This document shows, in pieces, positions 1 through 13,700 of a DNA stretch of 64,000 bases. Source of the DNA: Girardia tigrina. Its lineage: Eukaryota. The position numbers and the translations under genes are program-made. The stretch is taken from positions 18,793-82,792 of the forward strand of contig MQRK01207995.1 of NCBI GenBank assembly GCA_001938485.1, given 5' to 3'. The notes under the pieces are model-generated. The model was not told where the DNA came from. It did not search any database and worked only from the letters and a program-made list of their open reading frames with translations. Each line of letters starts with the position of its first letter. Within the stretch, counting starts at the first letter, position 1.

Positions 1-272
1 AAGATATCAAACTGTTAAGCTACACATTTTGGCAAAATTTCATTAATATATTTAATACCATTCAAGAGATATAGCCAATTTTCACTTCGTCCGGTTATTT
101 TTGAGCGCTACTGTATTTTGTATATGTTGATGTCAATCGGACGATCTATATCTTATTAGCTAAATGCTAAGACTGAAGACAAAATCATTTAAATAGATAA
201 TTAAAAAAATAATTTATATGTTATCTATCTAGTATGTATCTCGAAAAGATATATATTTATAAGAAACTAGTT

Positions 273-2191
273 CACGCAGCCCGCTCAATAAATACGGTCA
301 AAAAGTTTATTTTATTAAATTCTCTGTGCATCAACATTATTCCCTCCAAAATATTCCCGGTTTGTATCCATACGCTTGCCCCGCATACGTTTCAGTTGTT
401 CAAAACATTCATAGAAGTCCTCAGAAGTCAAGCTTTTTAGCTGCCTCATCGTTTTACGTTTCACCATTGTATTAACCTCACAGAACTCGTACCGCTTTTT
501 TTTGCTGACAGTCTTTTATTTTTTTGTGTGACTACTTTCTGTTGGTGCAAGTGTGCGTGGATTGTTAGTGTATTTTGCAAAAATGTGATGATGTAGTTTC
601 TTGATCTTTTATTTTTATTTTTGTTTTGGGATATTATTAACGTGTTTAAGATCGAAACAGAAATTTATTTATTTTTATTTATGTAATTTATGTAATTAAT
701 TTATTTATGATTTTATTGTAATTTTATTTAATAATTGTCATAGGTAATTATGAATTATAAAATTACGAATAGAAATTAATCAATACAAGTTGATTACAAA
801 TTCAAAAATTCAAATTCAGAAGATTATAATTTATAATTGCCTGGTATCATCAACAAAATTTCTATCGGAAATATGAAGAAGAAATAATTGCCGACGCTGG
901 GATTTTGATACGTCAAATATATATAGCGGGACAATTTGTCATTTATCTGTCTACTCGAATATTTATTTTGGCTGACTAACAATTGATTCTCTTTCGTTGA
1001 AGGTATTGTATTAGATCGGTTGCGATTAAAAGTTCAATTGTTGATTCGTGTTATTTTTTCATTTTTCCATCTGACTATTAGTTTTTGTCAGTATCAGTTC
1101 AAGAACTGGATTCACTCAACGAAACTCCGTTTGAGTTAATCCAGTTTGTTCAATCCACAATATTATCGTTATTTTTGTAAAGTAAAAGTAACAAATTTTA
1201 CATTTGTTATTTTTACAACCATCCTCACCTCATCGCAGTACCTCTCCTACATAACTCTATGTATTGTTGGAATTGTATTTGGGAGCTAAGTCTGGTAAAT
1301 ATGGAATATTAGCTAGCGTTGTGATGAATTACAGACCAGATATTTATGGTCAATGACTGCAGAATCTGTTGACGTATTGTTGATATACAAAATACATATA
1401 TAACCATCACACAAATTTGTTCCCACAGGAATCCTAAACTGCATCAGAACCGCCAGATAGAATGCAGCATTTAGTGTTTATCTTTTATGGTGAGCTTCAT
1501 AATGCACAACACATTTTTGACATTTTTAATTGTGGTTAAAAAATTTGGTTATCATTTCCTGCTCTTTAATTTGATGTCGTAGTCGTGATAATCCTGTCAA
1601 GAAAACTGTGAGTTTGAGTTTGCAGAATGTGGTCAAGTATTTTGGACAAGTGTCAGTAACTTTACGACAATTTTTGTACAAAATTTTCTCAATTCAAAAT
1701 TGTTTTGTAAAAATTATATGCACAGACGATTTTCCCAAATTTATTTCATCAACAATCAATCATACAGTGAATCGGTGATTGAAAAGCACAAGAGACTGCA
1801 CACGTTCGATATTTTCATCAACAATGAAGGTCGACAATCTTCCTGGCCTTGAATCATCCTAAAAGTCTTCACTGTCACCATTTACATACTTCATCCAATT
1901 GAAGAGAGTTATTTTCTGGCATCAGTAATCTTCAAAAACAGCTGTCAACATTTCATGATTATTCTACTTTTTCAAGTTTCAGTAAAAATTTGATGTTTAG
2001 TTGTTCATATATTTCCATCTTCGAGAAGAGAAAAATAGTTCCAATTTTTACTATTCGATTGACTAGACAGCCTTACGATTACAAACGATTTAGTAAGTCC
2101 CTGACCATTAGCACAACCAGTTTTTGTAGTCAAATGTCACCTCAAAACCTCCTGGTAACTCGTTTTGTATATTTCTTTGACAGCCTACGTG
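273..2191 (-). mobile_element. Degenerate mariner transposon with an internal insertion (about 470-1270)
   Basis: Remnant peptides DDSRPGRLSTFIVDENIERVQSLV, IPYLPDLAP, EYFGG; weak TIR similarity cacgcagc.../...gcctacgtg. Confidence 0.6.
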
Positions 2192-2710
2192 TCAGCCAAT
2201 TATAAGATGAGACAGATTGCTATTTCGATTTATTATAAATTATATTATGTTAACCAGATCTGGGATATGTTTGTTGAGTAGTTAATTACATCGGTATTAC
2301 TTTGTCTCTATTGTTTTATTTGGGTACATATTTTATGGAGTCATTTTCTGAGAATATCCAGACCATCACACGCGTTCATTAGTCCATTTATGGACAGAAG
2401 TCATAATTTATAGAAGTCAATGTTTATTTGTACAAAGTGATCCATTCAATCATACCAAAGACTTTTCATAAGTGTTTGGTATTTTAATGAGGCATGTTAC
2501 GATTAAATAGTTAAAATAAAATAATATTTCAATTACATAAATAGAAATTAATGATGAGATCAGTTTTAGTTAGGAATAATTTAAATTAAAAGTAGTTTTG
2601 TTATGAATTTTAGAGGCAATTGTTTGTTTTAGATAATCAATTAGAATCCGAATTGTAAACAAAAGATATAATACTTTTTAAATAAAATTTGGAAAATATA
2701 TAACTTTTAC

Positions 2711-2968
2711 CTTATCGAAAAAAATGTCAATCAAATTTCTTTGAAAGGAAATGACGCATTCGGAATTGTTTTCGTATATTTCCGCAAGTTCTTCGAGTAG
2801 GTTGTGGACATTGTTGACGATTCCGATGAAAATGTCATTGTATTTCGGAATATTTCCTTCGATACTGAGCAACTGGAGTACAAGTTTCAAGAGATACTCT
2901 ACCGATTCTTTCTCCGAGGGTGCGATATCATTGGTTTGCGTGAAGAAACTCACTATCCCGTCAAATGA
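2711..2968 (-). CDS. IPO13: Importin-13-like exon 7
   Basis: ttaag acceptor phase 0, aag|gtaaaa donor, 86 codons. Confidence 0.7.
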
Positions 2969-5900
2969 CTTAATTTACGCAGTTTTAAGTATTTTTTTTA
3001 AAAATTATAATAATAATTTAACAAAAAATGAAGTAAAAAATAAAAATGTGAATGTATTTTTGGCAAATTTAGTACTGTTTCAAACACATTCGTTTCAATG
3101 GAAATGTCTATTGGATTTTTTTTAATTTTCTTTTACAAATATATACAAAAAATCATTAATTACTTTATTGCAACTAAAGAAGTCTTATGCCACGTACATA
3201 TATTATTCTTTATCTAATCTTTATTCTAGTAGATATATCAGACCTAGTTTAAATGAGTTTACATACCAGTCTATTAACCACATAATCAGCAATTAAGTCC
3301 GAAATTTAGATATTTATTTTACAGTTTTAGAACCAGTCTTCCATTTGTGTGATTTATTTTATTAATAATTAAGTTTAAAAATTGATTTAAAATTTAATTA
3401 ATATCTTCCAATATTGAATCCTTAGTTATATTGTTAAGAACATTGAGACAATTTTCTTTAAATTTGTATTATTATCACATTTAGAGTCATCACAACTCTC
3501 AGAAGATCTTTCACCGTTTGACATCGTTCTAATTGGATTTTTTTATTTTTAATCATGATTATTAGAACAATTTTTCTAATTCTTTTTAAAATATTTAACT
3601 TCTAAAAATATTAATTAAAAATAATAATTTTAACCATTTCTTTATAAAAACTCAAAATAATAAAAATGTTATCAAATTGTTAAAAATTTATTTAATTTTA
3701 TTTATATCTAATTAAATGCTTTTCTTTTCTTAAAAAAATATTAAACTTTAAATTGTTAATTTTAAAAATATGAACTTATCAAATGATTATTTTAATTATG
3801 TTCGAATAGTCAATCACTTTAAATTTAAATAAAAAATACCAATTTCCATCTGGGTAGAAGAATCAACATTCTAAGTTCAACATACTCGAATTAACATACA
3901 ACAACAATACATTCTCACATTCAAACAATGTAAAATATTCCTCACACTAATGACGATAATCAAAGGATTTAGACTATCAGAGAAACTATTAAAAATTAGA
4001 ATTTACTTTGTGTTGTTTTGTAACCAGGAAAGGAGGTTTTTATAATAATTATTTGAAAATCACAAATTAAGTTTCTTAAAAAAGTTCGTATACTTTAGTT
4101 TTACATTTTTTAAAAAAATATATTAATCCGATTGTTTGGTACATCAGTTTCTTCATGTGAACATTTTTTTTGAGTTCAGTATAAAATAGATCCGAAAATC
4201 AACCTGTGAGCAATAAATAGTTCTAATTCTCTAATCATCGTCATTAAAATTAACTTTAAAATAAAATTCTTACAAGGTCTTCTTATTAGGTCTTCAAGTA
4301 TGAAATTTGTAGAACTAAAGTCAAAGTTTATTTATAACTTTCTAATGCAAATATTTATGTCATTCATCAAAGTATGCGCCCATATTATCGACACACTTTT
4401 GCCATTTCAGCAGCAACTTGTTGAGGCCATTTGAATAAAAATTTAGTGGGCGAGAATCTATAAATTCCTAGAAGGCCATTTTTACGGCATCTTCAGAATT
4501 GAATTTTTTTTCTTTCAAAAAGTTATTCAAATTGAGGAAGAAATAGTTATCAGACAGGGTAGATGTGGTGAGTATGAAGGATGATACAAAAATATCAACT
4601 CAAGTTTCTGTAGTTTTGTTATTGCCCTAAGTGCAGTATGTGGTTTTGCATTGTTGTGGATCAAAATGGAAGTCAAATTGTTTACCAAACGCGGCTGTTT
4701 TTCTTTGAGTTGCCGCATCATATCATCCAATTGGTTGCAGTACACATCTGTTGTGATCGACGAACGAGGTTTCAAGAAGATTTAATGGATTACATCTGCG
4801 ACATATCACCAAACACTCATTATCAGCTTCTTTTGATGACTGTTGTCCTTTGGATTCTTTCTGGTGCTTTATTCATGTTCACCCAGCTTGCTGAACCTTT
4901 GTGATTATCATATTGATCGACTTTTAATCACAAGTAAAGATTCGACTCAAAAAGTGATAACGAGAAAACAACGTCAAGCTAGCATTAAACGCCTTGGTTT
5001 CTGCTTTTCATTCACCTCGTGTGGAATTTACTTATCCATTTCTTTTCAATTTTATCCATTTACCAAGTGATTCAATATTGTTTGCTTTGTAACAGCAAAA
5101 GTTAGCGATAAATCATGAACCCTTTGTGATGGATCTGACTCTCTTCATTATCTACCTGAGTTCCTTGGCGACCCCGAAATTCATTATTGAATTTAAAATT
5201 ACCTATCACAAATTTCCTAAACCATTTTTCCAATGTCGACTGCGTAGTAGCATTGTATCTAAATACACTATTAATGTTTTGCATGGTTTTTGATGTTGAG
5301 GGTCTACGTAGAAACTCGTACTTCATATTAGTTCGAATTTCATTTTTAAAATACTGATTATTACAAATAATTTTAATTAATTTTATTGATATGTTCAATA
5401 ACAATTAAACAAAAAAGCTGAGCAACAAAATGTGAGCAGCGTTATTAATGACAATAATATACATATATAGACAAATTTCTTGTTAATTCAATTATTTAGC
5501 TAAAATCACTCTTAAATTTTTCTTCCAATTTAATTTGTAAAATGTAATTCATTTTAAATTAATAAAATTAATTTTTAAATTATAACGAAAATTTTTTTAT
5601 AAAAGTTTATCATAAAACTATTAAATCTAAATTTACCATAAGTCTTTTATTTGAAAAATTATTTCTTAAAATATTATAAAGTTTAATCCGTTTATTATTA
5701 TTCTTATTTTCTTATTGTTATTCTTATTTCAAAACTTTTATTAAAATATATCATTTGTTTTGAATGTAAACATTTTGTATTTTTATATAAGTATTTGACT
5801 TTTGTTTGTATTCTTTCTAATATCATTTTTAATTTAAAAAATTTTTGCATTTATTTTATTTTTTAAAACTTTCAAATATAAAAAAAATAATAAATTATTT

Positions 5901-7659
5901 TGGTGAAGTGCAAATTTAAACTAACTCCTCATAATTTTCAAATGAAATGAAATTATTTTGTAATCATGTCTACAAATTTCCTATTTGACAACCTAATAGA
6001 AAGAATAATATGTTTTATACCATTTTTCATTTCTTCATATTATAAATTTACTTTGTAATTTTTAAAGATGGTAATAATTTTTGGATTATGAAAAAAATAT
6101 GGTATTTCAATCAAAAAAAATTATTAGCATCACAAAAATATAGAAGAATTAAAATATTTTGATTCCATAAAGTAGACACCCCATTGACATAGAAAATAAT
6201 TAATAATAAATAAAATGTGCTCTAATTAAGAGAAATAAAACATCCAATCTGAAGATTTATTACATCTTTTATAATCTATTTAAACACATCCATGTATTTT
6301 CCTGCAATACGCCTCACAATGTTCTCTTGGAAATTCTTAAAAAAGAATTTGAAATTAGTGATTCAAGCTTGTATTTTTTTTACCTTCTATGTAGTTGTAA
6401 TACATTTTTGTAATAATATTGATTTCAAAAGCGACACTTAATAGAACAATCATATATATATAATATTTGTCTAAAAAGTGTGTTTGTTCGTTTGTCGGTC
6501 ACGCTTTTCAATGTGAAATTGCAGACGAACCAGAGTGAATCCATTTAAGATCGTGGTCAATCTGGATAGCCCGCATCAATACAATCTTGTCGGTGTAGCG
6601 CCTTTGCCGAAAAATCGATCTTTGCTGATGAAATCGATCAAAAACCGTACAAGTCGTTAAATGGCTAAATTAACACAGATTTCGAATAATGACGATTTTG
6701 ATGATTCCTACACGGAATTTCGTGAAAATTTTTATGAAAATATCAATAAAATACTAATTAATTTGATAACTGACGATTTCTATCACTTATTCACTAATTA
6801 TTTTACTAAAAATCGATTTTGTAGAAATTACAAATTTTCGTCATTAAGAAATAGTATCAACAAATAAAATGCAAAATTGCGCAGGAAGCGGACGTGGTCA
6901 ATCTGGATAGCCCGCATCAATACAATTCTATTGGTACAGCGCCTTCGCCGAAAGACGCCCGGAAGCCGATGAAATCGATCAAAAACCGTACAAGGTCGTT
7001 AAATGGCTAAATTAACACAGATTTCGAATAATGACGATTTTGATAATTCCTACAAGGAATTTCGTGAAAATTTTTTATGAAAATACCAATTTATTTGATA
7101 AATGATGAATTTTATCACTTATTTACTAATTATTTTGCTGAAAATCAATTAAGGTTAAATTTGCCAAATTTCTTTATCTTCTGATTTACGGTTTGTTGGT
7201 CAAGCTCAAATTTTACTATGATCACATATATGCTGGTAAAATGAGTAATATTTGAGGAAGAGTGAGTGAATCCGCATAAAGTTGAGATAACTCTGCATAG
7301 TTCATATCGAGACGGTTCTGTCTGTACAGCGCCTTTGCCGAAAGGCCATGGGAGCCGAATTATTTGACTGACTGTTAAATCAACACAGAATTCGAAATAA
7401 TAAATTATAATAATTACAATTTAAAAATTAAAACAGAATCTTTCAAAGTCGAAAATTCAGCTCACCCGTCTCATATACCACGGGTCTTTTTCTAGTTTCA
7501 TAATAATTAGTAAATTTTTAGATTTTTAAAATACATTCGTTTTTAACAATTTATAATATTAAAATCAGAATTTAATTTACGACGGATCTTTCGTGGCATA
7601 TATATATATNNNNNNNNNNNNNNNNNNNNNNNNNNNNNNNNNNNNNNNNNNNNNNNNNN

Positions 7660-7712
<53 letters not shown>

Positions 7713-10700
7713 TGTTTGATTTGCAATTTACAATTTCATATGTATATCTGAAATGCTTTTCAAGTTCAATATTAACTATAATGTACAATCTAGAGTAAAC
7801 TAAAGTGATCTAAATATGATGAAATTCGATAGATAAATATAAAAATTGATTAAGTCAAAAATTAAATCAACAGCAAAGTCTCACGAGATTGATTATAGAT
7901 CCGACATATTCGCAGAGTGCATATACCATCTGTTTGTCATTGTTGTCTCTGTCTTTCCACTCGATATTGTTTCTAACGGCTTCCTTGTGGTCACGGATGA
8001 TCGACTCGATCACCGGATTGCACATCAGCGTGTAATTGATTACGAATTCCATCTCCGAGTTTCTGTTAATATATATATATATATATATATGTCGACTAAA
8101 AATCAATCAATATTTCTTTGACCATTGGTACACAATTTTCATCCATTTTTGAAATAGTTTACAAACAGTTTAAATTGAAGACATTTTAGCAGTAAATAAA
8201 TCAATCGAGTTTATCACATCTAATCACATAAATTCGAGAACAGCTCTCAAGAAGACCAAACTCGATAGGATCCTGAATAATGAACATGACGATTGGACTG
8301 ACTGGGGCAAGAGTGATTCTAGTCAAAAGACGCATATTATTCTATGAATACAATTCATGGAATTGTGTAACTGAGGTTCGAAGAGTTCTAAACTCTGAGA
8401 TCGCCTCAGAAAATCACAGAATCAGCCGCAGCAAAAAGTAACTGATGAGAGAGCGCATGTGTTCTGAATATTCAACGATCCTGTAGATTTGGCAGAATAC
8501 AGGGAAAGTCTAAACATAGCTGAGCGACTGAAAGAGATAGTCGAGCACGAGAAAGAATATCCGTAAATGCTTCTTGCTTTAAGGAATTTTCTGAACAGAA
8601 AGAACTCACAAGACACATTAAGAATGTGCATCTGGCCACGGCGCCGACGACACAGAGAGGTAGTGGTTCATTCATATGTCCCATGGAGAACTGGCACAAA
8701 AGTTATAAAACTAATGGATGGCTACAACGGCATTTATTAACTGATCATCGAATCCAAGGTAATAGTACTATGAACATCCAAGTAGTACAAAGTGAAGAAA
8801 CAGAAAGACGTACAGGACCTTTGAACTTGAACGCGGAACATGATATTCGAAGTGTCTGTCAGTGTAACTGATGAAGACTACCCAGGAGTAATCTTTAGTG
8901 TGGTGCTAAATTTTCGGCAGGATAAGAGAATGGATAAGAGAATGTTTCATTACCCATTTCTCCATTGCACTAGGTGCGATTATACAGCCAAAAGTCTCCA
9001 GAATCACAGAACGAAGGAACATGACGGTCATTGCTCAGAAGGAAGCCGAAGCGTGTCCGTGCATTGAAAACTCGCACTCTTGCACCTGACGCCGTGTGAG
9101 AAGATCAGAAAACTTTGTTTTTGTCAAATGGTTTCTGCCCATACAGCGTCTATGATTCATTACCATATGCACCAATGCTGAGTATTAATTGTAATACACA
9201 GTTATCCGTAACAGTCGGGGGAGGCTTATAACCATTTTTTAATCATCTTTTGTGAAAAATGCTATCAATAGAAGTCATTGTAATAGAAAATATCATCCTT
9301 AAGCACTGCAAAAAATCAGATGTTGACAAACTAAATACTTTGTCTTTATAATTTAGAATCTCAGATCTTATAATTTGTTCATCAATATTGAAAGCGATAA
9401 GTGCAGCTAACACTTAATTAATAAACTAAATATTTTGATTATTTTTATTATTGTGGACAGACGCGTACGCAGAAAAATATTTCGGGGAATACAATATTGT
9501 GCAATATTTGTTTTTTTTTTCTTTTTGTTTTTTTTTCTTTGTCTTCTTTTTTTCTTAGTTTCATTAATTATTATTAAAATAATAAATTTTTTAATACCAT
9601 GGAAATACCACATTTAATAACTTTTATAAGAAATAAAATTACATACATTTATACAATAATTACAGAAGCATAAGTCTTCTTGGGTTCTTCGCCAAAGAGT
9701 CTACAACTTTGTCAGTCTTTAAGGATGATTCCTGGTGAATGTTCATTATAGCTTAGCCATTCAATATCTGTTCTGATGCCGTGTTTCGTAAGAAATTCTC
9801 GATTCAACGCAATATAGAAAACGATCCTTAAAATGTGGCTGTTGCTACTGGTAAAGTTGAAAGATATTTTGATTACCGTAGTCACCCAAATATAATGCTC
9901 CCCAACTTTTGAATCAAAGAACTGGTCTTTTTTGACATACTCGAGTATAACGCTCGCCGTAAGTTTTCAGAATTTTGTTTAAAAAGTTAGTTTTTTTATG
10001 AAAAAATTTTATTTTCCACAAAAAAATTACATATTTTATATTTCAATCAGAAAGAAAGAGGAGGGTATTCATTTGAATTTTTACCTACAACAGATAATTA
10101 TGACAGGCAGTCACGCACGGTACTATACTGATTGATAAAATACCACAAACGTACCAATAAAATTTATTACATAGCTTGATATCCTATAACACAGAATTTG
10201 ACTTTGTAAACTGGGATTTCTCACATACTCAAGTATAATACTCGTCCGATTTTTGAAGTTGAAATTTGGGAAGAAAATGGGAGCATTATACTTGGGTAAT
10301 TACGGTAATACAATGACGCCTTCACATCGTCACTTCGCCAAAAAAGACTTCTTTAGTGCCACTAATATCACTTGACCATTTCTGGCATCTACATATAGGA
10401 GGATTTTGTTATCTGCAGCTCCCTTAATGTTTGAGGAAGACAAATTTCTATGCTCAGCGAAACTAATATTCAGTTTAAAAATTAATATTTTTCGGGAGCG
10501 GGATTTTTTTAAAATTTTTTAGAGATTTCACATTTTAATCATGTGAGGAATATTTTAAATTGTTTGAATGTGTAAATGTAGTGATGCGGTATGTTGAATT
10601 TAGAAGGGTGATTCTCCCACCCAGATGAAAATTGGTATTTTTTATTTAAATTTAAAGTGATTGACTATTCGAACATAATTAAAATAATCATTTGATAAGT

Positions 10701-13700
10701 TCATATCTTTAATTTAACAATTAAAATTAAGTTTAATATTTTTTAGTAAAATTTAAATTAAATGCATTTTTAATAATTTGATGACATTTTTATTATTTTG
10801 GGATTTATTGAGAAATGGTAAAAATTATTATTTTTAATTAATATTAATTATTATATTTAAAAAAATGACTTAGAAAAATTATTCGAATAATCTTGACTAA
10901 AAACAGAAATAAGAAAACCAATTAGAATGATGACAAACGATAAAAGACTTTCTGAGAGTCATAAGACTCTAAATGTGATTGTAATAAAAGTTCAAACGCG
11001 ACTTGTCTAAATTTTCTTAATAAATCATAAACAGTTTAACTTATTCTTATTAATATGCAGTTTAAAAAATTTATCCCCTTAATCTTCCCCCTGTGTACGC
11101 GCCTGATTGTGGAGTTTAATTATGTTCGAAATTTGTTTTTAAGAAAAATGCAAAATAAACGACAATTAAAACAAACAGAGAACGAGAAAACTCACGACAA
11201 TCCGGTTGCAACGAGAATATTCGTCAATAAATCGACTGCATCGGCAAATAATTCAGGCTTATGTATACAGTGCATCACAAACTGTTGTAAATTAGGTATT
11301 GTTCGGCCGTTACCCGAACAGTAGTTATATATATAACTGATCGATTTCAAAGTCAGTTGGTGCAGATTTGTGTTGCTGGAAAATCTTGTGCTCGTCTGAT
11401 TAATACAGATACGATTATCCGCATTTATAACACAAAATAAAATGATTATAGAAATAATAAATGCTGAAAAAATGTCAATTAGATTACTGAAAATCAATCT
11501 TTCTTTAATAATTGAGAAACGCACTTTGTCCAAGTGTGGCTGTAACACGATGGAATTTTAATGCTACCATAAATTAGTAAATCAAAAAAAATTTTTATAT
11601 CCATTATTTATGCAGAAAGAACTCTACTTTACCAACAAAATTTAAATTAAAAAAATATTTTCAAAATAAAACAATAAAAAATTTACAAATTTTGTTACCC
11701 AAGAAGAGTTCCACCCTCATAAAGCATGGATATAAAAAAAATAATTTTTTTGATTTACTTGTTAGACTTTTAATCTGCTTACTAGATTTTATTTATTTTT
11801 CATTTTTTGCGTAACAAAAACTACTTATAATTTATAAGTAGATCTTTTTCAATTAATATTGTTCTGTTCCGAATTTTCCGTTTTTTTCCAATTTTACGAC
11901 CTTAAAAAGTTGTTTTTGAACAAATTTTCACATAATCTTTTATTGTCATTGAGTAAAGTGTCATTGTCAAAGTGAGTAAAGTGCAAAGTTTGGAGAAAAT
12001 TCATTGAGTAAAAGGCCTTCAAAAATAGGCTTCTAAATTCCAAAGATATATATCTTGTGAACGCAAGTTTAGTATTTCGAAAATATAATTTGATTAAAGT
12101 TTTTTTGATATAATTATTGGACATGTTTCGATGTTTACATACATCATCATCAGCAATTTTCGTATATTTAGTATATGAATATTGAATTGTTTGAATAATA
12201 GAATTTTAAAAGATACATTTACTCTAAAAGGTAACGAAGAAATTAATTACTATTATTTATCAAAGTATTATTGGGTAATAATGGCAAAAAAATATTTTAA
12301 TTAAAAATTTTATATATATATATATTATTGAGTCTTGTGAACGCAAGTTTAGTATTTCGAAAATATAATTTGATTAAAGTTTTTTTGATATAATTATTGG
12401 ACATGTTTCGATGTTTACATACATCATCATCAGCAATTTTCGTATATTTAGTATATGAATATTGAATTGTTTGAATAATAGAATTTTAAAAGATACATTT
12501 ACTCTAAAAGGTAACGAAGAAATTAATTACTATTATTTATCAAAGTATTATTGGGTAATAATGGCAAAAAAATATTTTAATTAAAAATTTTANNNNNNNN
12601 NNNNNNNNNNNNNNNNNNNNNNNNNNNNNNNNNNNNNNNNNNNNNNNNNNNNNNNNNNNNNNNNNNNNNNNNNNNNNNNNNNNNNNNNNNNNNNNNNNNN
12701 NNNNNNNNNNNNNNNNNNNNNNNNNNNNNNNNNNNNNNNNNNNNNNNNNNNNNNNNNNNNNNNNNNNNNNNNNNNNNNNNNNNNNNNNNNNNNNNNNNNN
12801 NNNNNNNNNNNNNNNNNNNNNNNNNNNNNNNNNNNNNNNNNNNNNNNNNNNNNNNNNNNNNNNNNNNNNNNNNNNNNNNNNNNNNNNNNNNNNNNNNNNN
12901 NNNNNNNNNNNNNNNNNNNNNNNNNNNNNNNNNNNNNNNNNNNNNNNNNNNNNNNNNNNNNNNNNNNNNNNNNNNNNNNNNNNNNNNNNNNNNNNNNNNN
13001 NNNNNNNNNNNNNNNNNNNNNNTTTTTAACTCGTGCATCTGTACATAATTTGTCTAATGTTACCCTAATGTTGTGTTCTATTTGCTTGTTTGTATACATA
13101 TTGTCCCTCAAGCGCCTTCTAAGAATATTTAAACCCTGATTCGTAATTTCAAAACTGGACGATAAATTCCAAACTCTGTGAACAAGCCCTTTTATCATAC
13201 CCTCTGTATTTTTCCTCACAAAAACTCTGAGGTGTAAAGACCTGTATCTGTTGCCTTTCTGAATAATTCAGTTTTATGGCCCCCATTCATCCTAGTGACA
13301 AGAATGTCCAGAAAGTGAAGTTTATTATCTACTTCCAATTTTGTGGTAAATTTAATATTCGGATGAAGACCATTCATGAATGTTAGGAATGGTTCTATGA
13401 GGGATTGATTTCTGAAAACCAAAAAGACATCATCCACATATCTCTTGTATAACAAATGTTTTTCACCAGGGTATGCATTCATTTTATCCTCAAGCGACTT
13501 CATAAAAATTGATGCCAAAGTTGGTGCTAATGGGGAACCCATTGCGACACCGTCTTCCTGAATGTACCATTCATCATTAAAAAGAAAAGGTACATTTTTG
13601 GCACAAAATTTAAGAAGTTCTTTCAGTGCCCGCTTGTTCATTAATTCATTCACAGAGCTAGAGCTGTCATCCCATATTTTTTCACACAAATCAATGGTTT

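Noticed and set aside
6279-6336. Possible importin exon [19 protein letters not shown]
   Set aside because: Ends in a stop, and exon 6 already splices in phase to exon 7 with continuous homology.
6620-6660. CTGATGA in the Helitron repeat
   Set aside because: No GAAA core or stems; the sister copy reads CCGATGA.
8436-8480. Hammerhead-like CTGATGA plus stem
   Set aside because: Followed by GAAT rather than GAAA, and stem I does not pair.
12577-13038. Long ORFs spanning N runs (also 31642-32235, 56461-56931)
   Set aside because: Artefacts of translating gaps.
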